Shown one piece after another: positions 49,288 to 59,416 of a DNA stretch of 64,000 nt (position 1 is its first letter; each line of letters starts with the position of its first letter). The stretch spans positions 32,001-96,000 of the IMG/VR virus record IMGVR_UViG_3300021387_000994, one strand, 5' to 3'. Below the pieces are notes generated by a model. It was not told where the DNA came from and did no database searches. It was given only the letters and a program-made list of their open reading frames with translations. A program made the translations under genes and the position numbers. The stretch comes from a virus. Its lineage: Duplodnaviria; Caudoviricetes.

Positions 49288-50469
49288 TTAATCCGTAATA
49301 ATCCTAACGGTCTTTTTCACAGTATCGACATTCGATACACCGAATTGTACTTCCTTACCAATCTCAACGTTGTTCATATCGATAACTTTTCTTGACAAAA
49401 AGAATGTGATATTATTGAAATTTGGAGCAGAAACCACAACACCGTTATCAAACGTATTCTTGATGACACCTGTAAGGACATACTTATTATCCTTATCGAC
49501 AGCTTCCTTCAAATTGTTCCAACCTTCACTCTTACTGTTTGTCTGAGTTATAGTAACCCTGTCGTTAACGACACTCTCGACATAGAATTTAATCGATTCA
49601 CCAACTTTGATTTCACCATTCTTGAATTTATTCTCAGTCTCCTCATTCATCTCACTTACAGACAAAAGTGTAGGGACACATTCGTCAATTAAGATGAATA
49701 CACCGAAAGGTTTGATGGATGAAACAATACCTTCCGTAAGAGATGCCTTATCCGTATTTTCAAGATTATAAAGCACATCACCTTTCTTTGTATTCAAGAA
49801 CTCCTTGTGTGATACTACAATACTATCTTTCACTTTAGAAACAGGCATAACATACATTGACTGACCAATCAAAGTATTATAATCTTCTAGAGGTACAACA
49901 TCAGATTCACTTCCTGGCATGAAACACTTCAAACCACTGACATCAACAATGAATCCGTTGAACACCTTGGAAGAATTGAACACAATATCCTTGACAACAC
50001 CGACATATGCTGAAGTTGGTGTTTCAATCTGCTTTATTAGTTCAATACGAAGTCTTTCCAACTGAGCACTCTTAGAAGCAGCGTCGGCGATAATCTTACC
50101 ATCATGTTTGGTTACTACAACTTCAATTGTTTTACCAATCTCCATCTCATCCTTGATGGAAGATGTGTTCTTTGACGAAAGGTCAATTGTTGTAGAATGT
50201 TTTTTGGAAAGTGAAATGTCTGCAACATTGTCGTTAAATGAATTTACGACACCTGTACAAATACCCTTGTATGAAGAACCGTCATAAGATGAAATCACAT
50301 TAATATCATCTGAGTTAAATGAAGTATCATACATCTTCATCAAATCCAACACATACGGTTCTTTACAAAGAATTTTTTGATGTCCGTTGATTGGGACAAC
50401 CACTTTTTTAGATTCAAGTGGATTTTCCGGATTTATAATTTCAATAGTTTGAGTCTTTATTTTACTCAT
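49288..50469 (-). CDS. rpsA: ribosomal protein S1-like protein (about four S1 domains)
   Basis: GFIVDVSGLKCFMPGS, IVVSHK, EGIVSSIKPFGVFI..LLSVSE, GVIKNTFDNGVVV. Confidence 0.8.
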   Translation of the reverse strand: MSKIKTQTIEIINPENPLESKKVVVPINGHQKILCKEPYVLDLMKMYDTSFNSDDINVISSYDGSSYKGICTGVVNSFNDNVADISLSKKHSTTIDLSSKNTSSIKDEMEIGKTIEVVVTKHDGKIIADAASKSAQLERLRIELIKQIETPTSAYVGVVKDIVFNSSKVFNGFIVDVSGLKCFMPGSESDVVPLEDYNTLIGQSMYVMPVSKVKDSIVVSHKEFLNTKKGDVLYNLENTDKASLTEGIVSSIKPFGVFILIDECVPTLLSVSEMNEETENKFKNGEIKVGESIKFYVESVVNDRVTITQTNSKSEGWNNLKEAVDKDNKYVLTGVIKNTFDNGVVVSAPNFNNITFFLSRKVIDMNNVEIGKEVQFGVSNVDTVKKTVRIITD

Positions 50470-50562
50470 TTAAAAAAAATTTATGTGTCTTTCGACACTG
50501 GTTAAACACTACAAGTTATTTATGATTGGTGTGTTTAAAACCAAAACACACCAATCACACAA

Positions 50563-51351
50563 TTAAAGTTCAGCAGAAACCTCTTCCTTTGTAGTCATTT
50601 CTTCAGGAATATCATTCTCACTCTGAGAAAACTCAGTGTCAATATTCTGCAAATACTTTGCATACTCACGAGCAGTCTCATACTCCTTCTGAATCTGACG
50701 GACAGTTTCACCGATGTTCTTACCACAGTTTGCCCAACAAGAAAGGAACTCCTTGGCGGTATTCCAACCCTTACCCTCAATCTTGTTCAACATGAAATCT
50801 TGCAATGCAAGTACGTTACCTGAACGTAGCATAATAACACCATCAAAATCTTTTGAACGGACGAAACCACGATTCTCTTCAAGATTCTTTGTAAGTGTCA
50901 TAAGTGCAGGAGCAGTCTTGGAAGTCCACACCATAGAATGGTTGCAGAAGTCAAGAAGTTGATTGAACGTCTTACTGTTAACAATATTAATATGATACTC
51001 ACGAGACACTTGTGCTGTTCTTTCATTGTCAAACAACTCAGTTGCTGCATCAAGATATGGTTTCAACTCAGACTGTTTAAAAGACAAAGATGTAATCTCA
51101 TCCTCAAGTTTCTTCAGTTCAGAATCAGCGATTTCAACAACACCTTTCTTTGCTTCAAACTGTTTAGATGTCTCACCATAAAGAGTCTTTATACTCTCAA
51201 GGTCTTTAAGATGAACATCGAACTCACTTTGTTTTGTTTCGAGTTCTCTTCTTTTCTGATTAAGAGTCTCGATTCGATTAGAAACCTCTTCTATTTGTTC
51301 CTTAGTAATTTTTTCGACCTCTGTCGTTTCTTTTTTGATTTCTTCACTCAT
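50563..51351 (-). CDS. coiled-coil hypothetical protein
   Basis: 262-aa ORF; promoter motif at 51379-51391. Confidence 0.7.
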   Translation of the reverse strand: MSEEIKKETTEVEKITKEQIEEVSNRIETLNQKRRELETKQSEFDVHLKDLESIKTLYGETSKQFEAKKGVVEIADSELKKLEDEITSLSFKQSELKPYLDAATELFDNERTAQVSREYHINIVNSKTFNQLLDFCNHSMVWTSKTAPALMTLTKNLEENRGFVRSKDFDGVIMLRSGNVLALQDFMLNKIEGKGWNTAKEFLSCWANCGKNIGETVRQIQKEYETAREYAKYLQNIDTEFSQSENDIPEEMTTKEEVSAEL

Positions 51352-51397
51352 AGTTTAAAATATTAAAAAATTCTATATTAAATATAACAAAAATTTA

Positions 51398-51649
51398 TTA
51401 CTTTCCTTTTAAAGATTTGACCAATTCATCCAAAGTTTTGTATAAATCACCAGGATGATAATCTGCATAACCAGCTAATTTGTAAGTTTCCTCTTCTATG
51501 ATTCTATCATTAAAAAAAACTCCTTTAAAAGAAATTCCTTTCAATTTTCTCTTCGTAAATGATACAGATTCTATTTTCCCTTTTCTAATTTTATTGTCCA
51601 AAAGAAAATAGACAATATCACCCAAATTAAAAGTCGTATTATATGTCAT
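51398..51649 (-). CDS. small SH3-like phage protein
   Basis: TTFNLGDIVYF..Y.T.DEL..SL; paralogue of the next gene. Confidence 0.6.
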   Translation of the reverse strand: MTYNTTFNLGDIVYFLLDNKIRKGKIESVSFTKRKLKGISFKGVFFNDRIIEEETYKLAGYADYHPGDLYKTLDELVKSLKGK

Positions 51650-51654
51650 AATTC

Positions 51655-51888
51655 TTAAAAATTTTTTATCAAAGAGTTAATAAGTTCATCTTTTGTATCA
51701 AACACATCTTTATCATACACCTCTATGTTATACCCACAACCACACCTAATACCTACATATTTTACAGAGCGTCTACTAGATTGTAACGTAACAAACACTT
51801 CTATTTTTTCAATGAGTATCTCTACCGGCATATTATTAACCATACACCAACATTTATCACCAATATCGTATTTTGTACTTATTTCCAT
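51655..51888 (-). CDS. small SH3-like phage protein
   Basis: TKYDIGDKCW..VFDTKDELINSL. Confidence 0.6.
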   Translation of the reverse strand: MEISTKYDIGDKCWCMVNNMPVEILIEKIEVFVTLQSSRRSVKYVGIRCGCGYNIEVYDKDVFDTKDELINSLIKNF

Positions 51889-51890
51889 AA

Positions 51891-52367
51891 CTAAAACAAT
51901 GTTTCTTCCTCTTTTTTATTTTTTGTTACTTTTTTATTTGTCTTTTTAACTATGACACAATCATTATTATCAAAAAAATTCTTTTTTATAAGGTCAAGTG
52001 TTTTAGTAATAGTTTCTTCGTCAAACATATACGCCTCCTCCAATTCTCTCATCCCAATCTCGTTTATCTCCATATATTTCTCCAAAACACAATCCTCATA
52101 TTCACTGAGTATCTTATCCTTCTTTTTCTTCTGTGAAATTTTCAATTTCAAGAAAGGAGGTAAATCCGTGTATCTTGTAGCAAGCATTGCCACAAGATTT
52201 GAGGAAAGTTCTGGGTCGGAATCAAGATTATTTACAAGATTACACTGAATCGGATATTGAGCACTGAATAATCTCTTTAACATAAACGAGTGCTTTCTTT
52301 TGTCTACACTCGATACTGCACCAGAATTTCTGTGACAAAAATAATTTAATATTTCGAATAGTTCCAT
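51891..52367 (-). CDS. hypothetical protein ending ETLF
   Basis: 158-aa ORF; promoter motif at 52372-52384. Confidence 0.65.
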   Translation of the reverse strand: MELFEILNYFCHRNSGAVSSVDKRKHSFMLKRLFSAQYPIQCNLVNNLDSDPELSSNLVAMLATRYTDLPPFLKLKISQKKKKDKILSEYEDCVLEKYMEINEIGMRELEEAYMFDEETITKTLDLIKKNFFDNNDCVIVKKTNKKVTKNKKEEETLF

Positions 52368-52387
52368 GTCTTAAATATAACAAAAAA

Positions 52388-53569
52388 TTAATCGTGAATA
52401 AAAGATAAATCACCATCATCCTTAACACCTTTTAAAGCGTTTATCTGAATGGTACTTTTATAGTCTTTGAATCTCGATTTTGAGAATATTTTCTCTTTCG
52501 TTATCTTTGAAACAACAGCATTGTTTTTCAACATCTCTTCATTTATGTTTGCATCCATGTCTTTAATGATATAATCAGGAATACTTTCCTCAGTCAAAGC
52601 GACAAGTTTTGCATTTGTCTTGATGTTTTCAAAAAGCATCCTCTTTGTGAAATTATCATCCTTTATCTTTGCAATATCATATATAACATTACAGAGTATT
52701 TTCAATGCTTCATCGTTTGAATAGATTGTATAGTTGAACTTACATCCTAGTCTCTTTACAAATTCATCATATATTTTTTCAGTGGTTTTGATACCGATAC
52801 CCTTAGACCTTGTTGTCCCGTCACCTTGTTTATAATACACCGGATAGATATTGTCAGACTGGTCTCCGGAAACGACTTTTGTAAATCTAACGACCTCTGG
52901 TTCCACAACCTCAACATTCACACTCGATACAAACTTTCTAAATGGGTCACTCTCAATGGAAACTGCAAAAACTTCACCAAACAAATTCTCAGACGAAAGG
53001 TTTGTCTTTTTTTCCAAATCTTTGATAAAGTCATCACTTTCTTTGCTAACATATAACTTGTTTGTCAATGGAGCATATTGAATTATTTGCACACCATCAA
53101 CACATTTAACCAATTGGGTTAAATCCCTATCTGTTGAAAAAATTAGAGACGACTTTCCATTTTTAAAAAGAGACTCACTCCATACATAAATCAAATCGTC
53201 ACCCTCACTATGCTCAACTTGTGAAACCTTAATTCCAAGACTCTTTATAGTTTCAGTAAAAGAATTTGTTACCTCACCGAAACTTTCTTTATTAATATTG
53301 TCTTGAACTTTCTTACGATTTCCTTTATATTCTCTTTGTAACAATAAGTCTTTTCGCCATGGATGTGGTGAATCCTTCACGAATACTATATCGTTGATAA
53401 TCGGATTCATCTGTTTAACAATATTACAGAAATCTAGCATCAGTTTCTTCTCATAAGCGTCTTTGTCTTTCTGTGTGTTCAAAACTTTGGTATTTCCTTG
53501 TTTGAACACTCCCCACAGACTTCTGAAAAAAAAGTTGTGTCCATCTATTATCAAAGTAAATCTTTTCAT
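52388..53569 (-). CDS. rnh: T4 RNase H-like 5'-3' exonuclease (FEN family)
   Basis: IIDGHN, WRK..YKGNR, EGDDLI, STDRDLTQL, GDQSDNI, GIG. Confidence 0.9.
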   Translation of the reverse strand: MKRFTLIIDGHNFFFRSLWGVFKQGNTKVLNTQKDKDAYEKKLMLDFCNIVKQMNPIINDIVFVKDSPHPWRKDLLLQREYKGNRKKVQDNINKESFGEVTNSFTETIKSLGIKVSQVEHSEGDDLIYVWSESLFKNGKSSLIFSTDRDLTQLVKCVDGVQIIQYAPLTNKLYVSKESDDFIKDLEKKTNLSSENLFGEVFAVSIESDPFRKFVSSVNVEVVEPEVVRFTKVVSGDQSDNIYPVYYKQGDGTTRSKGIGIKTTEKIYDEFVKRLGCKFNYTIYSNDEALKILCNVIYDIAKIKDDNFTKRMLFENIKTNAKLVALTEESIPDYIIKDMDANINEEMLKNNAVVSKITKEKIFSKSRFKDYKSTIQINALKGVKDDGDLSFIHD

Positions 53570-53591
53570 ATAATTAAATATAACAAAACTT

Positions 53592-54281
53592 TTATAAATC
53601 AATATAATTTGTAATAAGTCTTACTTTTGGTTTATGTTGTGTCACAATCGTTGGAAAACTTGTCAAAAAATCAATCCCGTCTTCTCCTATTACTTGTATA
53701 AAATCAGAATTATTAGAAAGCACCATATTCATAAAACTAACATAATCATCAAAATCAAAATCAACATAAAACTTCCTGTTCATATAATCATTTGGAATAT
53801 ACCCATAGAAAATAAACATATTGTTAAAAAAATCAACAACATTCTTATCCAACGAATCACTCAGATACATTTCTATCTTTGTAACTGTGTAAGTCTGGTT
53901 AAAAAAATCTTGCTTTTTTTCATTATCTAAATCAGATAAAGCATTTTCAAACAATTCAAAATAATTTTCATCATTTATAAATGTAAATGTCACATTCCGT
54001 AAATTACGGAAAACATTGAAAATACTAAAAATACATTCCAATCCACTAGTTTTAATTTTTTTCTCTTTACAATAATTAAAGCATTCCATCAAAATATTAA
54101 CAACATCATTGGAATGTAAACTCATAATTTTCTTACAATAATCATCTTCAGATATAGTATTTTCAATCCCACTTTTTTTTAAAAAAATATAAAAATTAAA
54201 GATTCCCTTATCCTTTAAAGGAAGTTTTAAATCTATCTCAAAAATTTGAAGCAGTCTAAAAGCAAACTTATTTTTTTCCAT
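53592..54281 (-). CDS. hypothetical protein
   Basis: ORF with promoter motif at 54329-54341; start uncertain (54281 or 54302). Confidence 0.6.
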   Translation of the reverse strand: MEKNKFAFRLLQIFEIDLKLPLKDKGIFNFYIFLKKSGIENTISEDDYCKKIMSLHSNDVVNILMECFNYCKEKKIKTSGLECIFSIFNVFRNLRNVTFTFINDENYFELFENALSDLDNEKKQDFFNQTYTVTKIEMYLSDSLDKNVVDFFNNMFIFYGYIPNDYMNRKFYVDFDFDDYVSFMNMVLSNNSDFIQVIGEDGIDFLTSFPTIVTQHKPKVRLITNYIDL

Positions 54282-54344
54282 ATTAAAATATTTTTTATCC
54301 ATAAATATCTAATAAAACTATTTACTCTTAAATATAACAAAACT

Positions 54345-54833
54345 ATGGATATAAAATCATTAAAACCGGTTGCTTACGGAAAATTCAGACAAGGATACTA
54401 TAATCCGATTCATCCAGAAAAATATGTAACAAATAAGAATCAAATCATTTATAGAAGTTCATGGGAACTTCGTTTTATGAAATGGTTGGACACATGTATT
54501 GATGTTATCGAATGGGCATCAGAACCGGTTTCAATAAAATATTTCTATACCATAGACCAAAGAATACATACATACTATCCAGACTTTTATTTTTCGTACA
54601 AGAAGCAAGACGGAAGAATACTAAAATATATAGTTGAGTGCAAACCATCTAATCAATTAAAAGAACCAGAACCTCCAAAAAGAAGAACTGTAAAATCAAT
54701 AAAAAACTATAATTACTTAATGGAATGTTGTATTAAGAACTCTTGTAAGAGAATAGCGGCTAAAAAATGGTGTGAAGAAAATGGATATCACTTTGTATAC
54801 TTAACTGAAAAATCAAATTTAAACTTCTTGTAG
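54345..54833 (+). CDS. gp4: gp4-like head completion nuclease (TnsA-like)
   Basis: P..PEKY..I.YRSSWELRFM.W.D..WASE..I.Y..YYPDF..ECKP..Q; late promoter at 54300-54307. Confidence 0.85.
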   Translation: MDIKSLKPVAYGKFRQGYYNPIHPEKYVTNKNQIIYRSSWELRFMKWLDTCIDVIEWASEPVSIKYFYTIDQRIHTYYPDFYFSYKKQDGRILKYIVECKPSNQLKEPEPPKRRTVKSIKNYNYLMECCIKNSCKRIAAKKWCEENGYHFVYLTEKSNLNFL

Positions 54834-54919
54834 AAACTTTTATATTATGATATAAACAAATGAGCCATAAATTTTGTTTATATCAATCATAAATATATTA
54901 CATAAAAACAATCATTTAG

Positions 54920-57900
54920 ATGCCAAAAGCAGTAAGTTTGAACGATGTTGCCGGTATGTTGTCTACTAGGGGTGACATATCTACAATAGGTGGTGCAATC
55001 GGATGTATGTCGGCAATGATAAGTGGTGATGCCAGGGATAAAGAAAACACCACTAGTAACGACATTAAAAAAATACAGGAATTTATTCTCGGTGACGGTG
55101 GAAGTCTGTCATCGATGATTGATAGTATACATGAGGCTATAGCAGACCAAACTATTGAAATTCAAAAAATAATTGAAGGAAACAAAGAAAAGAAACTTGT
55201 AAAGTCTGACATTTCTAAGATGATTAAGACTGCAACCGATGGTCTTGAAAAAAGACTTGACAGAATTATAGATTCGTTAAGAAAGATTGGTAAAGACCAA
55301 GGTGGGAGTATGAAATGGGGTAAAACAAAAAGAGAAAGGGATTCTATCGAACAATTCAGACTTTCATTAAACGATAAGAAAAAAATGAAAGAAAGTAAGA
55401 TAGGAAAACTTGTTTCTATGCTCAGTGAATTGAAAGCGGTTTCTCTTAAAGACCTTTTGACATTCAGACCGAAAATTAAACTTCTTGACAATCTTAATCC
55501 ACAGATTAATTCACTCGCTAAGAATATAAATTCAAAAAATGTTGCAAAGGTTTCTGACTTTTTGGAGAAAAGTCCAAAGATGTTCGAGAATTTAAATCTT
55601 TCGATTAGGTTGGCGAGATTTATAAAACAGAAAGAACTTGATAAGTTTTATGACATACTCGGTGTAGATGATAAGAAAAAACCAAAAAAGAGGTCTATTT
55701 TAGGCCTTCTGACGAGTTTTAGTGAGTTGAATGAGGCAACATTAAACAAATCCAAAAAGAACGTCGCCATGGTCTTTAAAATGGTCCGTGACATTTGTTC
55801 GGGAGTTGCAGTGTTGGTTGTTGCCACACCTGTGATACTCGCCGCCGGTATTTTGTCAAAACCTTTAGAATGGGCTTTCTTCGGTTTCAGTAAGAGTGGT
55901 GATGGTGGAATAATGGGATTGTTAACTAAACTTTCAAAGAAAAGAAAGACTATACGTGACGCTAATGAAGCCATCGTGTCGATGAGTCTTGGATTTGTTG
56001 CACTCGGTGCTGGTCTCGGTCTGTTGTTCTCACTTACCAAGAAAATAGAGTGGGTGCAACTTGCAAGAGTTGCTGCTACAACTGTTGTCTTTGGTACACT
56101 TACTACTTTACTAGGTAAGTTTAAGAAACCTATTAAAACGGGTGTAGAGTCAATGTTGATGTTGTCGGCCGGTATAGTCAGTCTTGGAATCGGTCTTGGT
56201 TTGTTGTTTAAATTGACCAAAGGTGTCGATTGGGAGCAGATGTCTATAGTCGGAACATCGGTTCTCGGATTCGGTCTTATCGCTGCAACATTCGGTAAGT
56301 TTGATAGAACTATACAGAAAGGTTCCATTGCAATGGTTATGATGAGTCTCGGTATTACAACACTGGGTCTCGGTATGGGTGTCTTGTTTGGATTGACAAA
56401 GAATATAACATGGAAACAGATGTCCGTCGTTGGTGCAAGCATGGCAATGTTAGGTGTCGTGACACTTGGTCTCGGTGTAATAAACAAGACCGGTATGGTT
56501 GTTGAGGGTGCAATCGCTATGGGTGTTCTCGGATTGGCCTTAATACCATTTGGTCTTTCTATGAAACTTCTTATGAGTTCTGTGAGAGGTTTGAAGTGGA
56601 GTGAGTTCGGTGTGTTTGCATCAACAACACTTCTACTTGGCAGTGCAGTCATAGGACTTGGTGCATTAATGTGTACCGGTGTCGGTGCAATCGCTTGGAC
56701 GGCTGGTCTTGCTGCAATAGGAGGTCTAGGTTTGGCACTTATTCCTTTTGGTAAAGGAATGCAGCAAATTTCAAGAGCAGCAAATGGAGTAGACAACAAG
56801 GCAATTGAAAATTTGGTAGATTCTGCCAAAAAGATAATAGTTACATTGAGTAGTGCAGCAACGAGAAAAGAAAGACGTAATGCAAGAAAGAATGCAAGAT
56901 TGATGAAGTCAATAGGTGGAAGTCTCAACGGTGTTGCTAAAAGTCTTAAAACATTTAACGAAGTATCTTCATCATCAATAGAGAAAGCAATCGATTCTAT
57001 CAAGAAAATATCTGAATTTTTCTTTGGTGAGAAAGGTATGTCAAAATATGGACTTGATTGGAAAAAGAGAATAAAGTCTAAAAAAGAAGCAGACACAATT
57101 GGACAAGTTTCTAGTATAATGCACAGACTTTCAACTGGATTAAAGATATTTAATGAAGTTGCACCAACATCTATAGACAAGGCCATGGATGCAGTCAAGA
57201 AGATTGCTGAATTTTTCTTCTCACCGAACAGTGGGTTGAACAAACTCAATGCAAGTTGGTCTAACAGACGTAAGGCAAAAAAGACATCAGATACCATCGT
57301 TCAAATATCAAACTGCATTTTCAAACTCTCCAAGGGATTGAAAGATTTCAATGAAGTGAGTGAGAGTTCTATAAGTAAAGCAAAGAAAGCAATACATAAT
57401 ATTGCACATTACTTTTTCTCACCAAGTAGTTCATTGAATAAGATGAATGTCGATTGGATGAAGAGAAAGAAGGGTAAGAAAAATGCAGACGCCATCGGTG
57501 CAATCGGTGATTCGATGTATAAAATATCAAAGGCATTGAAAGAATTTAATGAGATAGGTGATAAGGCGGTTAATAGAATGATGGAAACCGTCGATAAGAT
57601 TGCAAACTATTTCTTCGATAGCAAGAAAAAAGTAAATACCGGAAAGTCTTGGAAGATTCAACGTTCTATGGAATATATTGCAGACGGACTCAGTTACTTC
57701 GACGATAAGACAAAAGATATTGATAGTAAGAGATTGATTGAAAACTTCGATGTATTCAATAAAGTGTCTTCACAAATTCTTGATAAATGGAAGACTGATT
57801 ATAGAGACACTGCAACTGACATTAATAAGAGTATGAGTATTCTTGTTAATTCTTTCAATGATGCTGGTAGTAAATACAGAAAGAGTGTGAAAGTGACTAC

Positions 57901-58381
57901 GACTCTTTTTAAACAGATGTCTAACCCTAATTTCGCCGCTTCAGGAAAGACTATGAGGATTGCATCTAACTTTGTCAGAAGTGTAAATGCAGTTGATATT
58001 GATAGAGCGTCTTCATTAACTGACATGTTTAAGTCGTTTGCTTCAATAGGTAAAGCGGGAAATGTTTTCAGTAGGTTTGACAAACGAGTAAAACAATTTA
58101 CAGAGGCATGCATCGAACTTGTAAATGCAATTAATGGTAATACTGAAGCTTTGAACAATAGTGATGAAGTTGTCACTATTAAGAATGAGTTCGGAGAACA
58201 AGAAACAGTGAAGAGAAAGGATGCAGAACTTATGCCTAAACAGATGGTCATATTGAATGTCGAAGACCTTGCAAACGCTATTGCAGACCAATTGAATAGT
58301 TTAAGTGTTGATTGTGATGCAAATATCAATCTCCAAATCAATAGTGAATCTGGAAATGAGTGGAGAATTTCAAGAATGTAA
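54920..58381 (+). CDS. tape-measure-like protein with repeated hydrophobic helices
   Basis: 1153 aa, helical; repeats GLGLLFxLTKxxxWxQ and LKxFNEV; late promoter at 54888-54895. Confidence 0.6.
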   Translation: MPKAVSLNDVAGMLSTRGDISTIGGAIGCMSAMISGDARDKENTTSNDIKKIQEFILGDGGSLSSMIDSIHEAIADQTIEIQKIIEGNKEKKLVKSDISKMIKTATDGLEKRLDRIIDSLRKIGKDQGGSMKWGKTKRERDSIEQFRLSLNDKKKMKESKIGKLVSMLSELKAVSLKDLLTFRPKIKLLDNLNPQINSLAKNINSKNVAKVSDFLEKSPKMFENLNLSIRLARFIKQKELDKFYDILGVDDKKKPKKRSILGLLTSFSELNEATLNKSKKNVAMVFKMVRDICSGVAVLVVATPVILAAGILSKPLEWAFFGFSKSGDGGIMGLLTKLSKKRKTIRDANEAIVSMSLGFVALGAGLGLLFSLTKKIEWVQLARVAATTVVFGTLTTLLGKFKKPIKTGVESMLMLSAGIVSLGIGLGLLFKLTKGVDWEQMSIVGTSVLGFGLIAATFGKFDRTIQKGSIAMVMMSLGITTLGLGMGVLFGLTKNITWKQMSVVGASMAMLGVVTLGLGVINKTGMVVEGAIAMGVLGLALIPFGLSMKLLMSSVRGLKWSEFGVFASTTLLLGSAVIGLGALMCTGVGAIAWTAGLAAIGGLGLALIPFGKGMQQISRAANGVDNKAIENLVDSAKKIIVTLSSAATRKERRNARKNARLMKSIGGSLNGVAKSLKTFNEVSSSSIEKAIDSIKKISEFFFGEKGMSKYGLDWKKRIKSKKEADTIGQVSSIMHRLSTGLKIFNEVAPTSIDKAMDAVKKIAEFFFSPNSGLNKLNASWSNRRKAKKTSDTIVQISNCIFKLSKGLKDFNEVSESSISKAKKAIHNIAHYFFSPSSSLNKMNVDWMKRKKGKKNADAIGAIGDSMYKISKALKEFNEIGDKAVNRMMETVDKIANYFFDSKKKVNTGKSWKIQRSMEYIADGLSYFDDKTKDIDSKRLIENFDVFNKVSSQILDKWKTDYRDTATDINKSMSILVNSFNDAGSKYRKSVKVTTTLFKQMSNPNFAASGKTMRIASNFVRSVNAVDIDRASSLTDMFKSFASIGKAGNVFSRFDKRVKQFTEACIELVNAINGNTEALNNSDEVVTIKNEFGEQETVKRKDAELMPKQMVILNVEDLANAIADQLNSLSVDCDANINLQINSESGNEWRISRM

Positions 58382-58420
58382 TTTTTTTGTTATATTTAAT
58401 TTAATAATAAAAATATTTTT

Positions 58421-59416
58421 ATGGAAGATAATTTGACTTACGAAGAACAAGTAGAAAGAGAGTTTAACTTGACACAAGAACCACAACAAAATGATATTAT
58501 AAAAGATTTGGGTAAGGTGGATATTACAAGAGGAACTCATAGTGATGGTGTACAAGATGATGAGAATGTTAAGAGAATTAACAATATGATTGGTTATCTA
58601 AACATTCCATTGGAAACACTTCCTTCACAGGGAAGATACTATCCAGAAAATACAAGAATCAGTATCAGAGCAGCACGTGTCGGTGAGATACGTGAGTTCT
58701 CAACTATTGATGAGGAAGACCCAAAAGATGTCGCAGACAAACTTACATATATCATATCACAATGTTGTAAGATTTATTATGGAAATGTACCAGGTCATTA
58801 TAAAGACATTATTGTCGCTGACCGTATTGTATTAATTTTCAAGATTCGTGAATTGACATTTGTAGATGGTCAGTCATCAATTAAAATTCCTGTTCCAAAT
58901 GGGGCATGTAAGACTGTTGGTTGTAAACCACAGGAATATATTTTGTTTAATTCAAATATGTTCAAATTTATGAAACCCGATGAGGAACTTGAAAAGTATT
59001 ATGACCCAATCAATCGTTGTTATAACGTACACACAAAAAGCTTTGGGATGATTACTCTATACATCCCTACAATTGGTACTTGGACTGCTGTGTCTGATTA
59101 TGTGAGAAATGAATTGCAGAATAATCGTAAGATTGAGGAGACGGTTTCAGAAATGGTTCAGTTTCTTGTAAAGGATTGGAGGGGTCTTAATGATAGGTCA
59201 ATCTTTACAAAGATTTCAGAAATTTCAGGATGGGATACGAAGAAATTCAATCTCGTATATCGTCTTATTGAGAAAATAAATGTCGGTATCGAGTTTGAGG
59301 TTACTGATACTTGTGAAAATTGTGGAGGTGAAATAAAGGTTCCTATTTCCTTTCCCGACGGATATAAATCAATATTTGTTCAGACAATTTCAGATATCGG
59401 AGACGAACTTCTATGA
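58421..59416 (+). CDS. baseplate hub/tail assembly protein (gp26-like)
   Basis: LPSQGRYY, DRIVLIFKIR, C-terminal CENCG..VPISF. Confidence 0.6.
   Translation: MEDNLTYEEQVEREFNLTQEPQQNDIIKDLGKVDITRGTHSDGVQDDENVKRINNMIGYLNIPLETLPSQGRYYPENTRISIRAARVGEIREFSTIDEEDPKDVADKLTYIISQCCKIYYGNVPGHYKDIIVADRIVLIFKIRELTFVDGQSSIKIPVPNGACKTVGCKPQEYILFNSNMFKFMKPDEELEKYYDPINRCYNVHTKSFGMITLYIPTIGTWTAVSDYVRNELQNNRKIEETVSEMVQFLVKDWRGLNDRSIFTKISEISGWDTKKFNLVYRLIEKINVGIEFEVTDTCENCGGEIKVPISFPDGYKSIFVQTISDIGDELL

Larger units (their letters stand above)
665..54895. promoter_or_regulatory. recurrent late promoter motif CATAAATA (T4 TATAAATA-like)
   Basis: Plus strand at 8221, 8989, 10865, 18020, 19376, 19636, 20152, 28372, 35700, 37145, 38940, 41294, 42999, 54300, 54888; minus strand at 665, 7165, 12780, 31667, 49218, 50517; each upstream of a gene start. 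Confidence 0.8.
678..58398. promoter_or_regulatory. recurrent early/middle promoter motif TTTGTTATATTTA
   Basis: Exact copies at 678(+), 8193(-), 15928(-), 16019(-), 17997(-), 19353(-), 21475(-), 28777(+), 34709(-), 34748(+), 40843(+), 51379(-), 52372(-), 53575(-), 54329(-), 58386(+), mostly just upstream of replication, methyltransferase or sigma genes. Confidence 0.8.

Noticed and set aside
54345-54833. Tn7 TnsA / CRISPR-associated transposon
   Set aside because: No tnsB/tnsC/tniQ; late promoter and motif set fit T4 gp4
55648-57297. 549-aa antisense ORF and many shorter antisense ORFs
   Set aside because: Shadows of codon bias in the real genes, with no motifs or promoters
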